Origin: Candidatus Aenigmatarchaeota archaeon
GTDB lineage: Archaea > Aenigmatarchaeota > Aenigmatarchaeia > CG10238-14 > SpSt-28
DNA length: 64,000 bases
Assembly (NCBI GenBank): GCA_036824555.1
Contig: DAISZX010000001.1
Coordinates: 644 to 64,643, forward strand
Direction: 5' to 3'
The notes under the pieces are model-generated. The model was given only the letters and a program-made list of their open reading frames with translations, was not told the origin of the DNA and searched no databases. Shown in pieces: positions 10,142 to 20,313 of this stretch. The first letter of the stretch is position 1. Each line of letters opens with the position of its first letter. The position numbers and the translations under genes are program-made.

Positions 10142-11314
10142 ATGAGAATTGCCTTATTTTCCTGGGAATCTTTGCATTCAATATCTGTAGGTGGTTTATC
10201 AGTTCATGTCACAGAATTGGCCGCTGCTTTACAGAGAAAAGGGCATGAGGTTCACGTTTTTACTAGAATAGGAGATAATCAACCAATCTATCAAAACATT
10301 GATGGAGTCCATTACCATAGATGCCCATTTGCATTTTGCTCTGATTTTGTTTATGAGATGACTAATAACATGTGTAAATCTATGGTTTATTACTTCAATG
10401 AAACTGAAAATTATGTTGGTAATTTTGACATAATTCATGGCCACGATTGGCATGTCGTTTTGGCATTGGATGAATTAAAGAAAGCAAAGGGGAAAAAAGT
10501 CGTTTTTACGCTTCATTCAACTCAATATGGAAGGGATGGAAATCATTTTAATGGAGGAAAGGCGGGGGACATCTCAAACATAGAATGGTATGGCACGTAT
10601 ATTGCTGATAGAGTTATTGTTTGCTCGAATGCAATGAAGGAAGAAGTTATGAGAATTTACAGGGTGCCTGACTGGAAGATAAGAGTTATACCAAACGGAA
10701 TTTGGGCAGATAGGTTTAATGGTAGCATAGATCCATGGAATGATGTAAAAAAGCATTTGGGTATTGGAGTTTATGATCCAATGATAGTTTATGTTGGAAG
10801 GATGACTTATCAAAAGGGAGTTGACCTACTAATAGAGGCCATTCCAGATATTTTGAAAGATTTTCCAAACACCAAATTCGTTTTTATTGGCGATGGATAC
10901 ATGAAAAGTCAATTGGAGAAGAGAGTTACCGAGCTAAATCTATGGCATGCCGTTAGGTTTACTGGCTACATTCCAGATGATTGGAAACTCAAAATAATTA
11001 AAGCTAGCGATGCTGTTGTTGTTCCGAGCAGAAATGAGCCTTTTGGGATTGTTGTCCTAGAAGCATGGGCTGCAGGAAAGCCCGTAATAGCAACTCATGG
11101 CACTGGTGCTGGAGAGCTAATATGGCATGGCGTGACTGGCTATAGAGTTTATCAGGCTCCAAATTCAATAGCCTGGGGAGTAAAGGAGATATTAAGAAAT
11201 CTTGATCATGCAAGATGGATGGGTGAGAGGGGGAGGTATGCTGCTCAAACTGTTTTTACATGGGACAACGTTGCAGAACAAACTATTAAAGTATATGAAG
11301 AGGTATTAGGATGA
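10142..11314 (+). CDS. glycogen synthase-like GT-B glycosyltransferase
   Basis: MRIALFSWESLHSISVGGLSVHV...GHEVHVFT (archaeal glycogen synthase N-terminus) and EPFGIVVLEAWAAGKPVIAT E-x7-E motif. Confidence 0.65.
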   Translation: MRIALFSWESLHSISVGGLSVHVTELAAALQRKGHEVHVFTRIGDNQPIYQNIDGVHYHRCPFAFCSDFVYEMTNNMCKSMVYYFNETENYVGNFDIIHGHDWHVVLALDELKKAKGKKVVFTLHSTQYGRDGNHFNGGKAGDISNIEWYGTYIADRVIVCSNAMKEEVMRIYRVPDWKIRVIPNGIWADRFNGSIDPWNDVKKHLGIGVYDPMIVYVGRMTYQKGVDLLIEAIPDILKDFPNTKFVFIGDGYMKSQLEKRVTELNLWHAVRFTGYIPDDWKLKIIKASDAVVVPSRNEPFGIVVLEAWAAGKPVIATHGTGAGELIWHGVTGYRVYQAPNSIAWGVKEILRNLDHARWMGERGRYAAQTVFTWDNVAEQTIKVYEEVLG

Positions 11315-11535
11315 GGATTAAGAAAATTTTACTGCCGAAATGGGTTCCATGGTTCGTTTTGGTAGTTTCGATTTTTTCAATTTTACTAGTTTATTATGGG
11401 CTAGGAGAACAAAAGAATATAACTTCTAAAACATTTTTAATAACTTTGATTATGTTCGCTTTCATCATTTTTGTTTTGTTTTTTATTTCCTATAGGCAAG
11501 TTCCCTATTTGATATTGTTGGAGGTGAGAAAATGA
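11311..11535 (+). CDS. small hypothetical membrane protein
   Basis: 74 aa, two TM helices, 4-nt overlap with upstream gene. Confidence 0.3.
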   Translation: MRIKKILLPKWVPWFVLVVSIFSILLVYYGLGEQKNITSKTFLITLIMFAFIIFVLFFISYRQVPYLILLEVRK

Positions 11536-11753
11536 GATGTTGGTTTTGTGGTAAAGAGGCTGTAGCAGTGTCGATGGGGGGAAAAGCAGTTTGTAGAGAC
11601 CATGCAAATGTGATAGATAGAATATGCTTTGCAAAATCAGATACGAGCACAGGATATGCAACGTATGAATGGGTTCATAATGTTGTTCTAGCACCAGATG
11701 AATGGATAGAGTGGGAAAGTTGGGAGGGAGGAAAAAAAGTAGTTAGAACCTAA
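11532..11753 (+). CDS. small hypothetical Cys/His-containing protein
   Basis: 73 aa; CWFCGK...CRDH possible zinc ribbon; 4-nt overlap with upstream ORF. Confidence 0.3.
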   Translation: MRCWFCGKEAVAVSMGGKAVCRDHANVIDRICFAKSDTSTGYATYEWVHNVVLAPDEWIEWESWEGGKKVVRT

Positions 11754-12460
11754 ACTAGTCTTACACCAGGCATTATCCACTTTTCGCTTTTCCACTCTTT
11801 CGCCCTTTCTATTATTTTTTTCGGTGTTTCTGTCAAAGCCTTTTTAGCTTCGCTAATTTCTAGTCCAAGAGTAACTAGGTAGGATATCAAAACTTTCGGA
11901 TCTTTGATTTGCCAATGAGATAGTGCCCCAGAGGAAACTATTAAAGGGAATTTGAATTTTTTATAAAGCCTAATTATTTCCATTTGATTCGCTATAACTT
12001 TTTTCCTTTCGCTTCCTTCACAACTCAAAATTTTCCTAAAGTTTATTTCTATTGCAACTTCGTTTTCCTTTGCAAATCTTGCTAAAACATGATTTATGCC
12101 ACAATCCACCCTCTCATAGTCTGGATGAGTCAAAATGTCCACACCTCTACTCTCAACACCTACTCTATTCATAAAATTCGTTCCACCTCTAACTAATATC
12201 AAATCAATTTCTCTCCTTCTCTTTAACAGCTTTTTTAGTTCAAGCTTATTCGTCGCTTCAAAGCCTAGGTAAATTTCGAAGTTATATTCCTTACTAACCC
12301 TATCAACCTCAACCTTCAAGATATTTTCTTCCTCTTTTTTCAGAGGATAAGAGATGAAGCCGATTCCCTTATAACCAAACTCTTTTGCAACTCTAACTAT
12401 ATCTTCTAAGCTCGATTCCCCAGAACTGAATGTACTATGAATATGAAGGTCATAACTCAT
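11750..12460 (-). CDS. rnp3: RNase P protein component 3 (Rpp30/Rnp3, PHP-fold TIM barrel)
   Basis: N-terminal YDLHIHS; C-terminal half aligns by eye with eukaryotic/archaeal Rpp30 (VDILTHP..., PLIVSSGA...LGLEISEAKKAL); 236 aa. Confidence 0.6.
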   Translation of the reverse strand: MSYDLHIHSTFSSGESSLEDIVRVAKEFGYKGIGFISYPLKKEEENILKVEVDRVSKEYNFEIYLGFEATNKLELKKLLKRRREIDLILVRGGTNFMNRVGVESRGVDILTHPDYERVDCGINHVLARFAKENEVAIEINFRKILSCEGSERKKVIANQMEIIRLYKKFKFPLIVSSGALSHWQIKDPKVLISYLVTLGLEISEAKKALTETPKKIIERAKEWKSEKWIMPGVRLV

Positions 12461-13746
12461 TTAATTCTTTTCTCTTTAATCAAATAAATCAAGCTTCCAA
12501 AAAATAACCAAACAATTCCAATAATTTTGGCATTATTTTCAAGAAAGGCCATAAGCATAATACAGCTAATAGTTCCAGCTACTGGTATCGTAGGATGAAA
12601 CGGAAGCTCGAAAGCTGGTTTCTTGTGCATTTTCCTCTTAATCATTATCAAGCTAAGGTTTGTGAAGATGAAGTTGAAAAGAGAACCAAAACTGACAATT
12701 GAAACGACAAGGCTTATACTCCCAGTAAGTACTAGCAATATGCTTATTATAGATGAGGCTATTACTGAAAAGACAGGAGTTCCGAATTTTTCATTTATTT
12801 CAGAAAAAAGTTTTGGTAATAGATTGTCTCTTGAGAGCGCAAATAGTGTTCTAGAGGAACTATAGATGCTCGCCAGCGCAACGCTTGCTGTAGCGACTAA
12901 GGCACCAAATGTTACGTATAAGCTTGCATACTCATTTCTTGTTATAACTTGGGCTACGTAAGATAGAGGATGGTCAACGTTTCCAAGAATTCTCCAATCT
13001 ACGGAACCAACACTAACTATAGCCACTCCAATATAAGCTATTAGGCAAATTAAAAACGATAAAATTATGGCTAGCGGAACATCTTTTTTTGGGTTTTTAG
13101 CTTCTTCCGAAGCCATTGCTATTGTTTGAAATCCCAAGAAAGCGAAGAAAACTAAAGAGCTTGCTGTCAAGGTTGATGAAAATCCTCTGGGGAAAAACGG
13201 AATGAAATTGTTGGTGTTGAAATTTTTTAGAAGAAAGAAGATACCAACAAAGATTAGAAAGAACAAGGCGGAAAGCTTTATTGCTACAAACACTGATGAT
13301 ATTCTGGTTGTTATTTTTGTCCCAACGATATTAGGTATTGTCAGCAGAATTATAAGAAGGATTGAAGATATGATGAGAAAATCTTTAGGTAGAAATGGAA
13401 AGAAAAATGAAAGTAGGTATGCTGAAAATCCAAGAGAGACCGCAGCCACCGAAACAACGTTATCGAAATATCTCATCCAACCGACTAAGAATCCAAGAAA
13501 TTTTCCAAAGGCCCTTTTTGTATAAGCGTAGGAACTTCCAGTTTCTGTTATCATGGAAGAAAGTTCAGCAGTTGTTAGTGCTGTTAGCAAGGCAACGAAT
13601 CCGGCGATCCAGAATGATAGTATAACTGATGGTCCAGCGATCCCCGCAGCTATTCCGCTAACAACAAATATGCCAGCGCCTATTATTTGAGAAATTCCTA
13701 TATCTATTAAATCCAACAAGCCTAACTCTTTCTTAAATTTACCCAT
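12457..13746 (-). CDS. APC-family amino acid permease
   Basis: about 12 TM helices; N-terminal DLIDIGISQIIGAGIFVVSG consensus of APC transporters. Confidence 0.8.
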   Translation of the reverse strand: MGKFKKELGLLDLIDIGISQIIGAGIFVVSGIAAGIAGPSVILSFWIAGFVALLTALTTAELSSMITETGSSYAYTKRAFGKFLGFLVGWMRYFDNVVSVAAVSLGFSAYLLSFFFPFLPKDFLIISSILLIILLTIPNIVGTKITTRISSVFVAIKLSALFFLIFVGIFFLLKNFNTNNFIPFFPRGFSSTLTASSLVFFAFLGFQTIAMASEEAKNPKKDVPLAIILSFLICLIAYIGVAIVSVGSVDWRILGNVDHPLSYVAQVITRNEYASLYVTFGALVATASVALASIYSSSRTLFALSRDNLLPKLFSEINEKFGTPVFSVIASSIISILLVLTGSISLVVSIVSFGSLFNFIFTNLSLIMIKRKMHKKPAFELPFHPTIPVAGTISCIMLMAFLENNAKIIGIVWLFFGSLIYLIKEKRIK

Positions 13747-13760
13747 TTTAAATTTTCTCC

Positions 13761-14288
13761 CTACGCTCTTAAACCTCTAGCCTTTTTACCAGCAGAAGTC
13801 AACCCTCTAAATACCCTTCTTCTATGCTTTCCACTCGCTATCCAATTTATTTTTGGATCCGATTTAATGTTTGGATGGTTTGGGTCGACGAGAATAACTT
13901 CAAACCATTTGTATTGACCATCTTCTCCAACATAATAACTATTCAAAACTTCTAGATTTGGAAACTTTCTAGCAGCCCTTTCTTCGGCAATCCATTTATC
14001 AGACTTTCGTGCAGTGAATTTAAGAAGGCCAGCGGAAGAAGGCTTCCTACCACCACTTCTTTCGTATAACCTCCTAGGCTTTCCACCCTTTCTAACTCTA
14101 ACTCTAGCGACGATAAAACCTTGCTTAGCTTTATATCCTAGAGCCCTTGCCCTGTCTAATCGAGTAGGCCTTTCTATTCTTACCACAGCTGGCTGCCTTC
14201 TCCACTCTATCAACCTTTCCATTTTCAATTTTTCCATTTCTTCACTACTCTTCTTCCACAAATTTCTGATTGCTTTGTATAGATTCAT
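13761..14288 (-). CDS. rpl15e: 50S ribosomal protein L15e
   Basis: [34 protein letters not shown] is a near-consensus L15e block. Confidence 0.9.
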   Translation of the reverse strand: MNLYKAIRNLWKKSSEEMEKLKMERLIEWRRQPAVVRIERPTRLDRARALGYKAKQGFIVARVRVRKGGKPRRLYERSGGRKPSSAGLLKFTARKSDKWIAEERAARKFPNLEVLNSYYVGEDGQYKWFEVILVDPNHPNIKSDPKINWIASGKHRRRVFRGLTSAGKKARGLRA

Positions 14289-14348
14289 AGGAATTCAATT
14301 GAAATGTAAATTTAAATCGTTAAAATCAAACTCTTTTTTAGTGATAGT

Positions 14349-14612
14349 ATGCATCCATTGTTGAAAGCCTTAATAGGAGTCTTGATAGTAGTTGCAGCAC
14401 TTTACTACATATTTTCAGGAATACCAGGGTATGTTAAGCCAGCATTGAGTGACGTTTTAGTAGTGCTAAATGGAGCGATTCCACTATTTCTAATATTGCT
14501 AGGAGTCTTCATTGCTTGGTTAGAGTGGGACGAGTGGAAGATCGAGAAAGAATTAGCTAAGGAAGAGAAGAAGTTAGAGGCAGAGAAAAAAAGAGGTAGA
14601 AAAAGAAAGTAG
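14349..14612 (+). CDS. small hypothetical membrane protein with K/E-rich tail
   Basis: 87 aa, two TM helices then KEEKKLEAEKKRGRKRK. Confidence 0.3.
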   Translation: MHPLLKALIGVLIVVAALYYIFSGIPGYVKPALSDVLVVLNGAIPLFLILLGVFIAWLEWDEWKIEKELAKEEKKLEAEKKRGRKRK

Positions 14613-14662
14613 TTTAAATAGCCTTCCTTTTATTTTTTATTTTTGAATAGGAAATACTTTCT

Positions 14663-14986
14663 ATGGAGATTCCATATAAAGAATTTACAAAGCTAGAGTT
14701 GAAGGTTGGAAAAATTATTGAAGTTGAAGATATTCCAAATTCGAACAAGCTTTACAAATTAAAGGTAGATTTCGGTAACGAAAGAAGAACAGCCGTAGCT
14801 GGGATAAAACAGCAGTATAGACCGGAAGACATTCTAAATAAAAAATTTGTTTTTGTTACGAACCTGGAAAGAAGAAAAATAATGGGAATAGAATCTGAAT
14901 GTATGATTTTAGCAGCAGAAGATGATGGTATAATTGCGCTTCTTCAACCAATAAAAGATGTTAAGGAAGGGAGTATAATTAGATAA
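14663..14986 (+). CDS. tRNA-binding domain protein (Myf/EMAP/CsaA-like)
   Basis: 107 aa; LELKVGKIIEVEDIPNSNKLYKLKVDFG pattern of the MetRS C-terminal tRNA-binding OB fold. Confidence 0.7.
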   Translation: MEIPYKEFTKLELKVGKIIEVEDIPNSNKLYKLKVDFGNERRTAVAGIKQQYRPEDILNKKFVFVTNLERRKIMGIESECMILAAEDDGIIALLQPIKDVKEGSIIR

Positions 14987-14987
14987 A

Positions 14988-15551
14988 ATGGAAGAGAAGA
15001 CCAAACAATACTTACTAAAAATTGCTAGAAGAGCGATAGAAACCTATGTGAGAACCGGTAGAATAATCTCAAAGCCTAAGGATTATCCTTTAGAGCTAGA
15101 AGAAAAAAGGGGAGTTTTTGTAACAATCAATAAAATTCTTCATGGCAAACCAGAGCTCAGAGGATGTATAGGTTTACCATATCCTAGAAAACCATTAATA
15201 GAGGGTGTAATAGAAGCAGCGATTTCTGCCACACGAGATCCTAGATTTCCGCCATTGAGTGAAGAAGAGTTGGATGACATTAAAATTGAAATTTCGATTT
15301 TGTCAGAGCCAAAGAAGATAGAAGGGAGTGCTAAAGAGGTCATAGAAAAAATCTTACCCTTTAAACATGGGGTAATAATAAAGAAAGGGTTAAAAAGCGC
15401 GCTGTTTTTGCCTCAAGTTTGGGATGAACTCCCAAAGAAGGAAGTTTTTCTTTCCCAACTTTGCTTAAAAGCTGGTTTACCTTCGGATGAATGGAAAAAA
15501 GAGGGAATGGAGTTTTACGTATTTGAAGCTGAAATAATCGAAGAGCATTAA
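14988..15551 (+). CDS. AMMECR1 domain protein
   Basis: LRGCIGLPYP AMMECR1 signature; 187 aa. Confidence 0.8.
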   Translation: MEEKTKQYLLKIARRAIETYVRTGRIISKPKDYPLELEEKRGVFVTINKILHGKPELRGCIGLPYPRKPLIEGVIEAAISATRDPRFPPLSEEELDDIKIEISILSEPKKIEGSAKEVIEKILPFKHGVIIKKGLKSALFLPQVWDELPKKEVFLSQLCLKAGLPSDEWKKEGMEFYVFEAEIIEEH

Positions 15552-15585
15552 ATATTTTTAGCTTTCTCTAAACAAGTAGAATCTT

Positions 15586-15620
15586 AGATGAAGCTAGCGA
15601 TATTTTTATTTTTGTCGCTA
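15586..15620 (+). terminator. candidate terminator: short inverted repeat TAGCGA/TCGCTA around a T-rich tract
   Basis: seen downstream of AMMECR1 stop: agctagcga-tatttttattttt-gtcgcta; archaeal termination uses T-runs. Confidence 0.25.
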
Positions 15621-15646
15621 ACTAAATAAAAAGAGGTACGAAAGAT

Positions 15647-16381
15647 ATGACCACTTTACACTGGATAATTCTAGCACTCTTGCTAAACAGTTTAATAGGC
15701 TTAATTGGTGTATTTTCTCTATTAGTTAGAAGAAAGAAGTTGGATAAAATAATTTTTCCTCTAGTCTCTTTCACTGCCGGGGTATTATTTGGAGGCGGAT
15801 TTTACCATTTATTTGTAGAAAGTCTTGATGAGTTAGGAGTAGTGAGCTCTGTCAACTGGTTTACTGTTGGATTTATTTTATTCTTCATACTTGAAAAGGG
15901 CTTGAAGTGGCATCATTGTCATCTATTGAAGTGTAAAGTCCATCCCTTTAGCTACATGATATTTTTAGGTGATGCCATTCACAACTTAATCGATGGTATA
16001 GTTATTTCTCTAACATTTCTGGTTGATGTAAATCTAGGAATTATAACAACTTTATTGATAATAGCTCATGAAGTTCCGCAAGAACTTGGAAATTTCGCTA
16101 CTGCCATATATGGAGGGATGGAAAAAAGAAAAGCAATTTTATTTACTTTCTTGTCCCAACTGACTTGTATAGTAGGTGGTCTATTAGGATATTACCTAAT
16201 GTCTGATGAGCTATTTTTACCTCTATTGCCGATAGCAGCCGGTGGCTTTATTTACATCGCTACATCCGATTTGGTACCAGAACTTCATAGAGAAGTTAAC
16301 CTCAAAAAATCTATCCTATCTTTTACCTTATTCATTCTCGGACTTATTTTTATAATTTCCCTTAGATTTTTCGAAGTTTAA
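15647..16381 (+). CDS. ZIP-family metal cation transporter
   Basis: multi-TM protein with HEVPQELGNFA (HExPxExGD ZIP signature). Confidence 0.7.
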   Translation: MTTLHWIILALLLNSLIGLIGVFSLLVRRKKLDKIIFPLVSFTAGVLFGGGFYHLFVESLDELGVVSSVNWFTVGFILFFILEKGLKWHHCHLLKCKVHPFSYMIFLGDAIHNLIDGIVISLTFLVDVNLGIITTLLIIAHEVPQELGNFATAIYGGMEKRKAILFTFLSQLTCIVGGLLGYYLMSDELFLPLLPIAAGGFIYIATSDLVPELHREVNLKKSILSFTLFILGLIFIISLRFFEV

Positions 16382-16404
16382 CAATATTTAATGACATCAA
16401 ACAT

Positions 16405-16524
16405 CGCTGGGGGTGGGATTTGAACCCACACGGGCGTAAAGCCCACCGGCTTTCTTCATTATTGTTCAGTCCTTGAGTTTTCAAAACTCAAGGCCGGCGC
16501 CCTACCTGGTTAGGCGACCCCAGC
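16405..16524 (-). tRNA. tRNA-Ser (anticodon TGA), type II, with about 35-nt intron after position 37
   Basis: hand fold of reverse complement: acceptor GCTGGGG/CCCCAGC, G73, anticodon stem CCGGC/GCCGG, loop CTTGAG, intron with AAAACTCAAG pairing the loop (bulge-helix-bulge), long variable arm GGGC-TTTAC-GCCC, T-arm GTGGG-TTCAAAT-CCCAC. Confidence 0.7.
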
Positions 16525-16661
16525 ACTAAAAATAATTATGCTGCTTTGCTTTTAAACAGGCATATAGGTTTATCTGAAAATTTTTTAAATTTCGCATCGT
16601 TTTCTATTAATTTCTAGTTTATTCATGACATTCATTTTAAATTCAAAAAGATAATTGATGA

Positions 16662-17954
16662 ATGGAGTATTTTACGATAGATGATTTCAATTTAAAGGGG
16701 AAAACTGTTATAGTTAGAATAGATGTTAACACTTATTACGATACTTCCTCTAAAAAACTTTTTGACTCTCCCAGAATTAAAGCTCATTCAAAAACAATAA
16801 AAGAGCTTCAAGAAAAGGGGGCTAAATTAGTTGTTTTGGCTCATCAGGGAAGAAGAGGGGACGAAGATTTTATTGGTTTGGAAAAACATGCCGAACTCAT
16901 AAATAAATACTTGGACAAGCAGATCGAGTTTGTTGATGACATCGTCGGAGAGAAAGCCAAGAAAAAGATAAGAGAGTTAAATGATGGAGAAGCAATACTT
17001 TTGGATAATGTGAGATTTCTGGATGACGAGACAAAAGAGAAAAGTATAGAGGAACATGCGAATTCTACGATAGTTAAAGAGTTGGCACCACTTGCAAATT
17101 ATTTTGTTTTGGACGGGTTTTCAATCGCTCACAGATCTCATGCTAGCGTAGTAGGCTTTTCTACAGTTCTTCCTTCAATGGCAGGAAGAGTAATGGAAAA
17201 TGAATTAAATGCGTTAAGCAGAGCATTCTTCGATTTTGGAGAAAAATTTAGAATAATCGGCACTCTTTTAATTCATGATTTACCTAGGTTTCAATTAAAG
17301 TGGGATGTTTTTATTTTGGCTGGAGCAAAGGTTGATGATTGTTTAAAGGTTATGGAAAGATTGCTGAAGTCTGGTAATTTGGAGATGAAAAAGATTTTAC
17401 TAGGGGGTCTCATTGCTAATCTTTTCCTACATTGCTCAGGGATAGATATAAACGATGACAATAGAAAGGTTTTGCAAGACATGGGTTATTTACAATTGGA
17501 GGATAGAGCAAGAAGGATTTTGGAAAATTACAAGTATTACATAATAATGCCGGAAGACGTAGCCATAGAAAGAGATGGTAATAGAGTTGAGTTTGATGTT
17601 TCGAACATTCCTGAGAAAGGTTTGATTCTAGATGTCGGAAGGAAAACTATAGAAAAATTCAAAGATGTTCTAAAAGATGCGAAGTACATTATAGTGAAGG
17701 GTCCTTTAGGTATGTATGAAAAACAACCATTTTCTATAGGAACGAAAGAAATTTTGGAAACGCTATCTAATTTAAAATCTTTTAGATTAATTGGTGGTGG
17801 TGATACTTCTACAGCCCTAGAAGTTTTTGGAATTCCACAAGAGAAGTTTTCTTATGTTAGCTTGGCTGGAGGCGCTCTGATAGATTATCTTTCTGGAAAA
17901 GAGCTTCCTGGAATTAAAGCTTTGGAGCTATCTTATCGAAAGTTTAAAGTTTAG
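16662..17954 (+). CDS. pgk: phosphoglycerate kinase
   Basis: KGKTVIVRIDVN...KTIKELQEKGAKLVVLAHQGRRG archaeal PGK N-terminus; 430 aa. Confidence 0.9.
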   Translation: MEYFTIDDFNLKGKTVIVRIDVNTYYDTSSKKLFDSPRIKAHSKTIKELQEKGAKLVVLAHQGRRGDEDFIGLEKHAELINKYLDKQIEFVDDIVGEKAKKKIRELNDGEAILLDNVRFLDDETKEKSIEEHANSTIVKELAPLANYFVLDGFSIAHRSHASVVGFSTVLPSMAGRVMENELNALSRAFFDFGEKFRIIGTLLIHDLPRFQLKWDVFILAGAKVDDCLKVMERLLKSGNLEMKKILLGGLIANLFLHCSGIDINDDNRKVLQDMGYLQLEDRARRILENYKYYIIMPEDVAIERDGNRVEFDVSNIPEKGLILDVGRKTIEKFKDVLKDAKYIIVKGPLGMYEKQPFSIGTKEILETLSNLKSFRLIGGGDTSTALEVFGIPQEKFSYVSLAGGALIDYLSGKELPGIKALELSYRKFKV

Positions 17955-18621
17955 TACCATGTTTCACAAAAACTCTTGCGATTTTCTCCAGAAATCGTTT
18001 CTTGTTTTCTGAAAAAACGAATGCGCTAGCTATCAAAACTCCATCTACTCCAATATCTAATGCAGCCTTAACGTCTTCCTCATTAGTTATACCAGCTCCA
18101 CACATCTTCACGATATTTGGGTTTATTTCCTTAACTACTTTAACAAATTCCTCAAGGGATTTAGCCCTATATTTTGATACAGCTTTACCACTTGCAATTA
18201 ATTCTGGTGGTTCGTAACTTAAAGAATATGGAGACATTTTGGCAATTTTTTTCGCTTCTTTTATGGTAGAGGCTAAGGCGAATATTTTAAAGTTATACTT
18301 TCTTGCAATTTTGATTACTCTTTCTATTTTCTGGATAGGGAGTTTTCTTTCGGAGTGATTTATCAAAGAACCATAAACTCCATATTCTTTCAAAGAATTG
18401 AACGAAATGCTACCAGTAAACCTCCCCTCTTCTACATCATCAACATGCTGAGCCAAAACAGGAATTTTAACATTTTTTATAACCGATGGGATGTCCAGAA
18501 ATTGTGGGGATACAAAGATTTTGACTCCATACTTTTTTGAAACAACTTCAGCAATTTTTGCAAGCTTTATAGCTTTGTTTCCACAAGCCTCTCTATATGC
18601 TTTAAAGTTTAGGACAATCAT
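17944..18621 (-). CDS. tpiA: triosephosphate isomerase (archaeal type)
   Basis: MIVLNFKAY...LINHSERK; 225 aa, typical short archaeal TIM. Confidence 0.85.
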   Translation of the reverse strand: MIVLNFKAYREACGNKAIKLAKIAEVVSKKYGVKIFVSPQFLDIPSVIKNVKIPVLAQHVDDVEEGRFTGSISFNSLKEYGVYGSLINHSERKLPIQKIERVIKIARKYNFKIFALASTIKEAKKIAKMSPYSLSYEPPELIASGKAVSKYRAKSLEEFVKVVKEINPNIVKMCGAGITNEEDVKAALDIGVDGVLIASAFVFSENKKRFLEKIARVFVKHGTKL

Positions 18622-19394
18622 TTATGAACAATCCTCCTAATTTCCTTGAGCAAGTTTATTGCTTCCTCATCTTTTCTCATCCAGACGTTTCTTCCAATCG
18701 CAACCCCAGCCGCACCAACGCTCATAACATCCTCAACGATTTTTAGCACATCACTTTCTTCTGAAATCTTTGGCCCACCAGCTACCAGAACCGGAACAAA
18801 ACAATCTTTAACAACTTTTGAGAAACTCTCCTTATCGCCAGTATAGTAAGTTTTAACAATATCGAATCCAATCTCTGCTCCAGCTCTGGCTGCATACCTT
18901 ATTGCTTCAGCATCATATTTCGACTTAATCTTCTTTCCTCTTGGGTATGCAAATCCAAGAATTGGCATTTTGTATTTATTAGCTTCTTGCTTTATTTCCT
19001 TAAACATTCCAAACATCTCGGCCTCTTTTTCAGAACCAAAGTAAATCGTGCATGCTATTGCTTTGGCTCCAACTTCTTTAGCCTCCTTTACACTTGTTAC
19101 AATTTGCTGAATTTGGTTTTCATCGGGAGATAAACTAGTTCTAGCTGTTATTTTAACGATTATCGGTATTTTGTTGGAAATGTTTTTTATCTTTCTGGCA
19201 ACCCCGACATGAACTATTAATCCATCAACTTTCCCATCAACAGCTATTTTTGCAATTCTTTCTGGAGAAATATCTATTCCATCATAAACGCTTGGACCAT
19301 GCTCAACAGCATGGTCAAAAGCCAGCAATACGGCTTTCCCATCTTTCATTATTTCTCTAAGCTTTTTCTCTTTAGACTCAAACATTTTTCTCAC
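18618..19394 (-). CDS. fba: class I fructose-bisphosphate aldolase (archaeal DhnA/FbaB type)
   Basis: DhnA-family TIM barrel (LLAFDHAVEHGP, VKITARTSLS); placed with tpi and pgk. Confidence 0.7.
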   Translation of the reverse strand: MRKMFESKEKKLREIMKDGKAVLLAFDHAVEHGPSVYDGIDISPERIAKIAVDGKVDGLIVHVGVARKIKNISNKIPIIVKITARTSLSPDENQIQQIVTSVKEAKEVGAKAIACTIYFGSEKEAEMFGMFKEIKQEANKYKMPILGFAYPRGKKIKSKYDAEAIRYAARAGAEIGFDIVKTYYTGDKESFSKVVKDCFVPVLVAGGPKISEESDVLKIVEDVMSVGAAGVAIGRNVWMRKDEEAINLLKEIRRIVHK

Positions 19395-20313
19395 TCATAA
19401 ATTCCATAACTTCTTTTTCACTAGGAAAATAACCTTTACCTTTGCTAATTTTTAGCGCAGCATAGGCATTTGAGAATTTCATAGAAAATTCGAAAGAAGA
19501 AGTTTTTGAATAGGAATGAACGAATGCCGCTGTGAATGAATCACCAGCACCTGTAGTATCAATCACCTTCACCTTATAAGCTTTAAAAATTTTAATCTCC
19601 TTTTCAAAAATCACAGAACCATTTTTGCCCATCGTGACTATTACATTAGAATTTGAAATTTTTTTTAGCTTTCTACATGCCTCTAAAGGATTTTTGGTTT
19701 TAGTCAATTTCATCGCTTCTTTCTTATTCATTATAACAAAGTCTGATTTTTTGAGTAATTTTAACAAATTATTTTTCTGGTAATCTACCATAGCAACGCT
19801 TGGGTTACAAACCACCTTCACTCCATTATTTTTTGCAACTTTTATTGCTTTTTCCAAAAATCTAATATTTTCTTTGCTTATCATGCTAGTAAAGATAAAC
19901 CACTCGCATCTTCTAATCGAGTCTTCATTTAGATCATTTTCATCTAAAAGATTATTTGCCCCTCTATAAGTTAATATAGTCTTTTCTCCGCCATAAATAA
20001 AAACGAGGGAAAATCCAGTTAAGGAATTCTCTATACCGACATTTCTAATAGATATACCACTTTTTCTCATTTCTTTCAAAATCATTTTTCCATAAGTGTC
20101 ATTACCGACCTTACCGAAAAATTCGACATTGTTTCCTAGTATAGAAAGAACTTTTGCCACGTTAAATCCAGAGCCACCAACGTCCAAAGATATTCTATCC
20201 AACTGAATTTTATAGTCGAATGGAAATGCAATCATATCTTTCAAAAGAGAAATATTTTTTGAAGGATATATTGTTATATCAATTACAAGAGAACCAACTA
20301 CACAAGCTCTCAT
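19378..20313 (-). CDS. PfkB-family carbohydrate/nucleoside kinase (possible phosphofructokinase)
   Basis: DTTGAGDSF PfkB signature; directly upstream of fba and tpi. Confidence 0.7.
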   Translation of the reverse strand: MRACVVGSLVIDITIYPSKNISLLKDMIAFPFDYKIQLDRISLDVGGSGFNVAKVLSILGNNVEFFGKVGNDTYGKMILKEMRKSGISIRNVGIENSLTGFSLVFIYGGEKTILTYRGANNLLDENDLNEDSIRRCEWFIFTSMISKENIRFLEKAIKVAKNNGVKVVCNPSVAMVDYQKNNLLKLLKKSDFVIMNKKEAMKLTKTKNPLEACRKLKKISNSNVIVTMGKNGSVIFEKEIKIFKAYKVKVIDTTGAGDSFTAAFVHSYSKTSSFEFSMKFSNAYAALKISKGKGYFPSEKEVMEFMSEKNV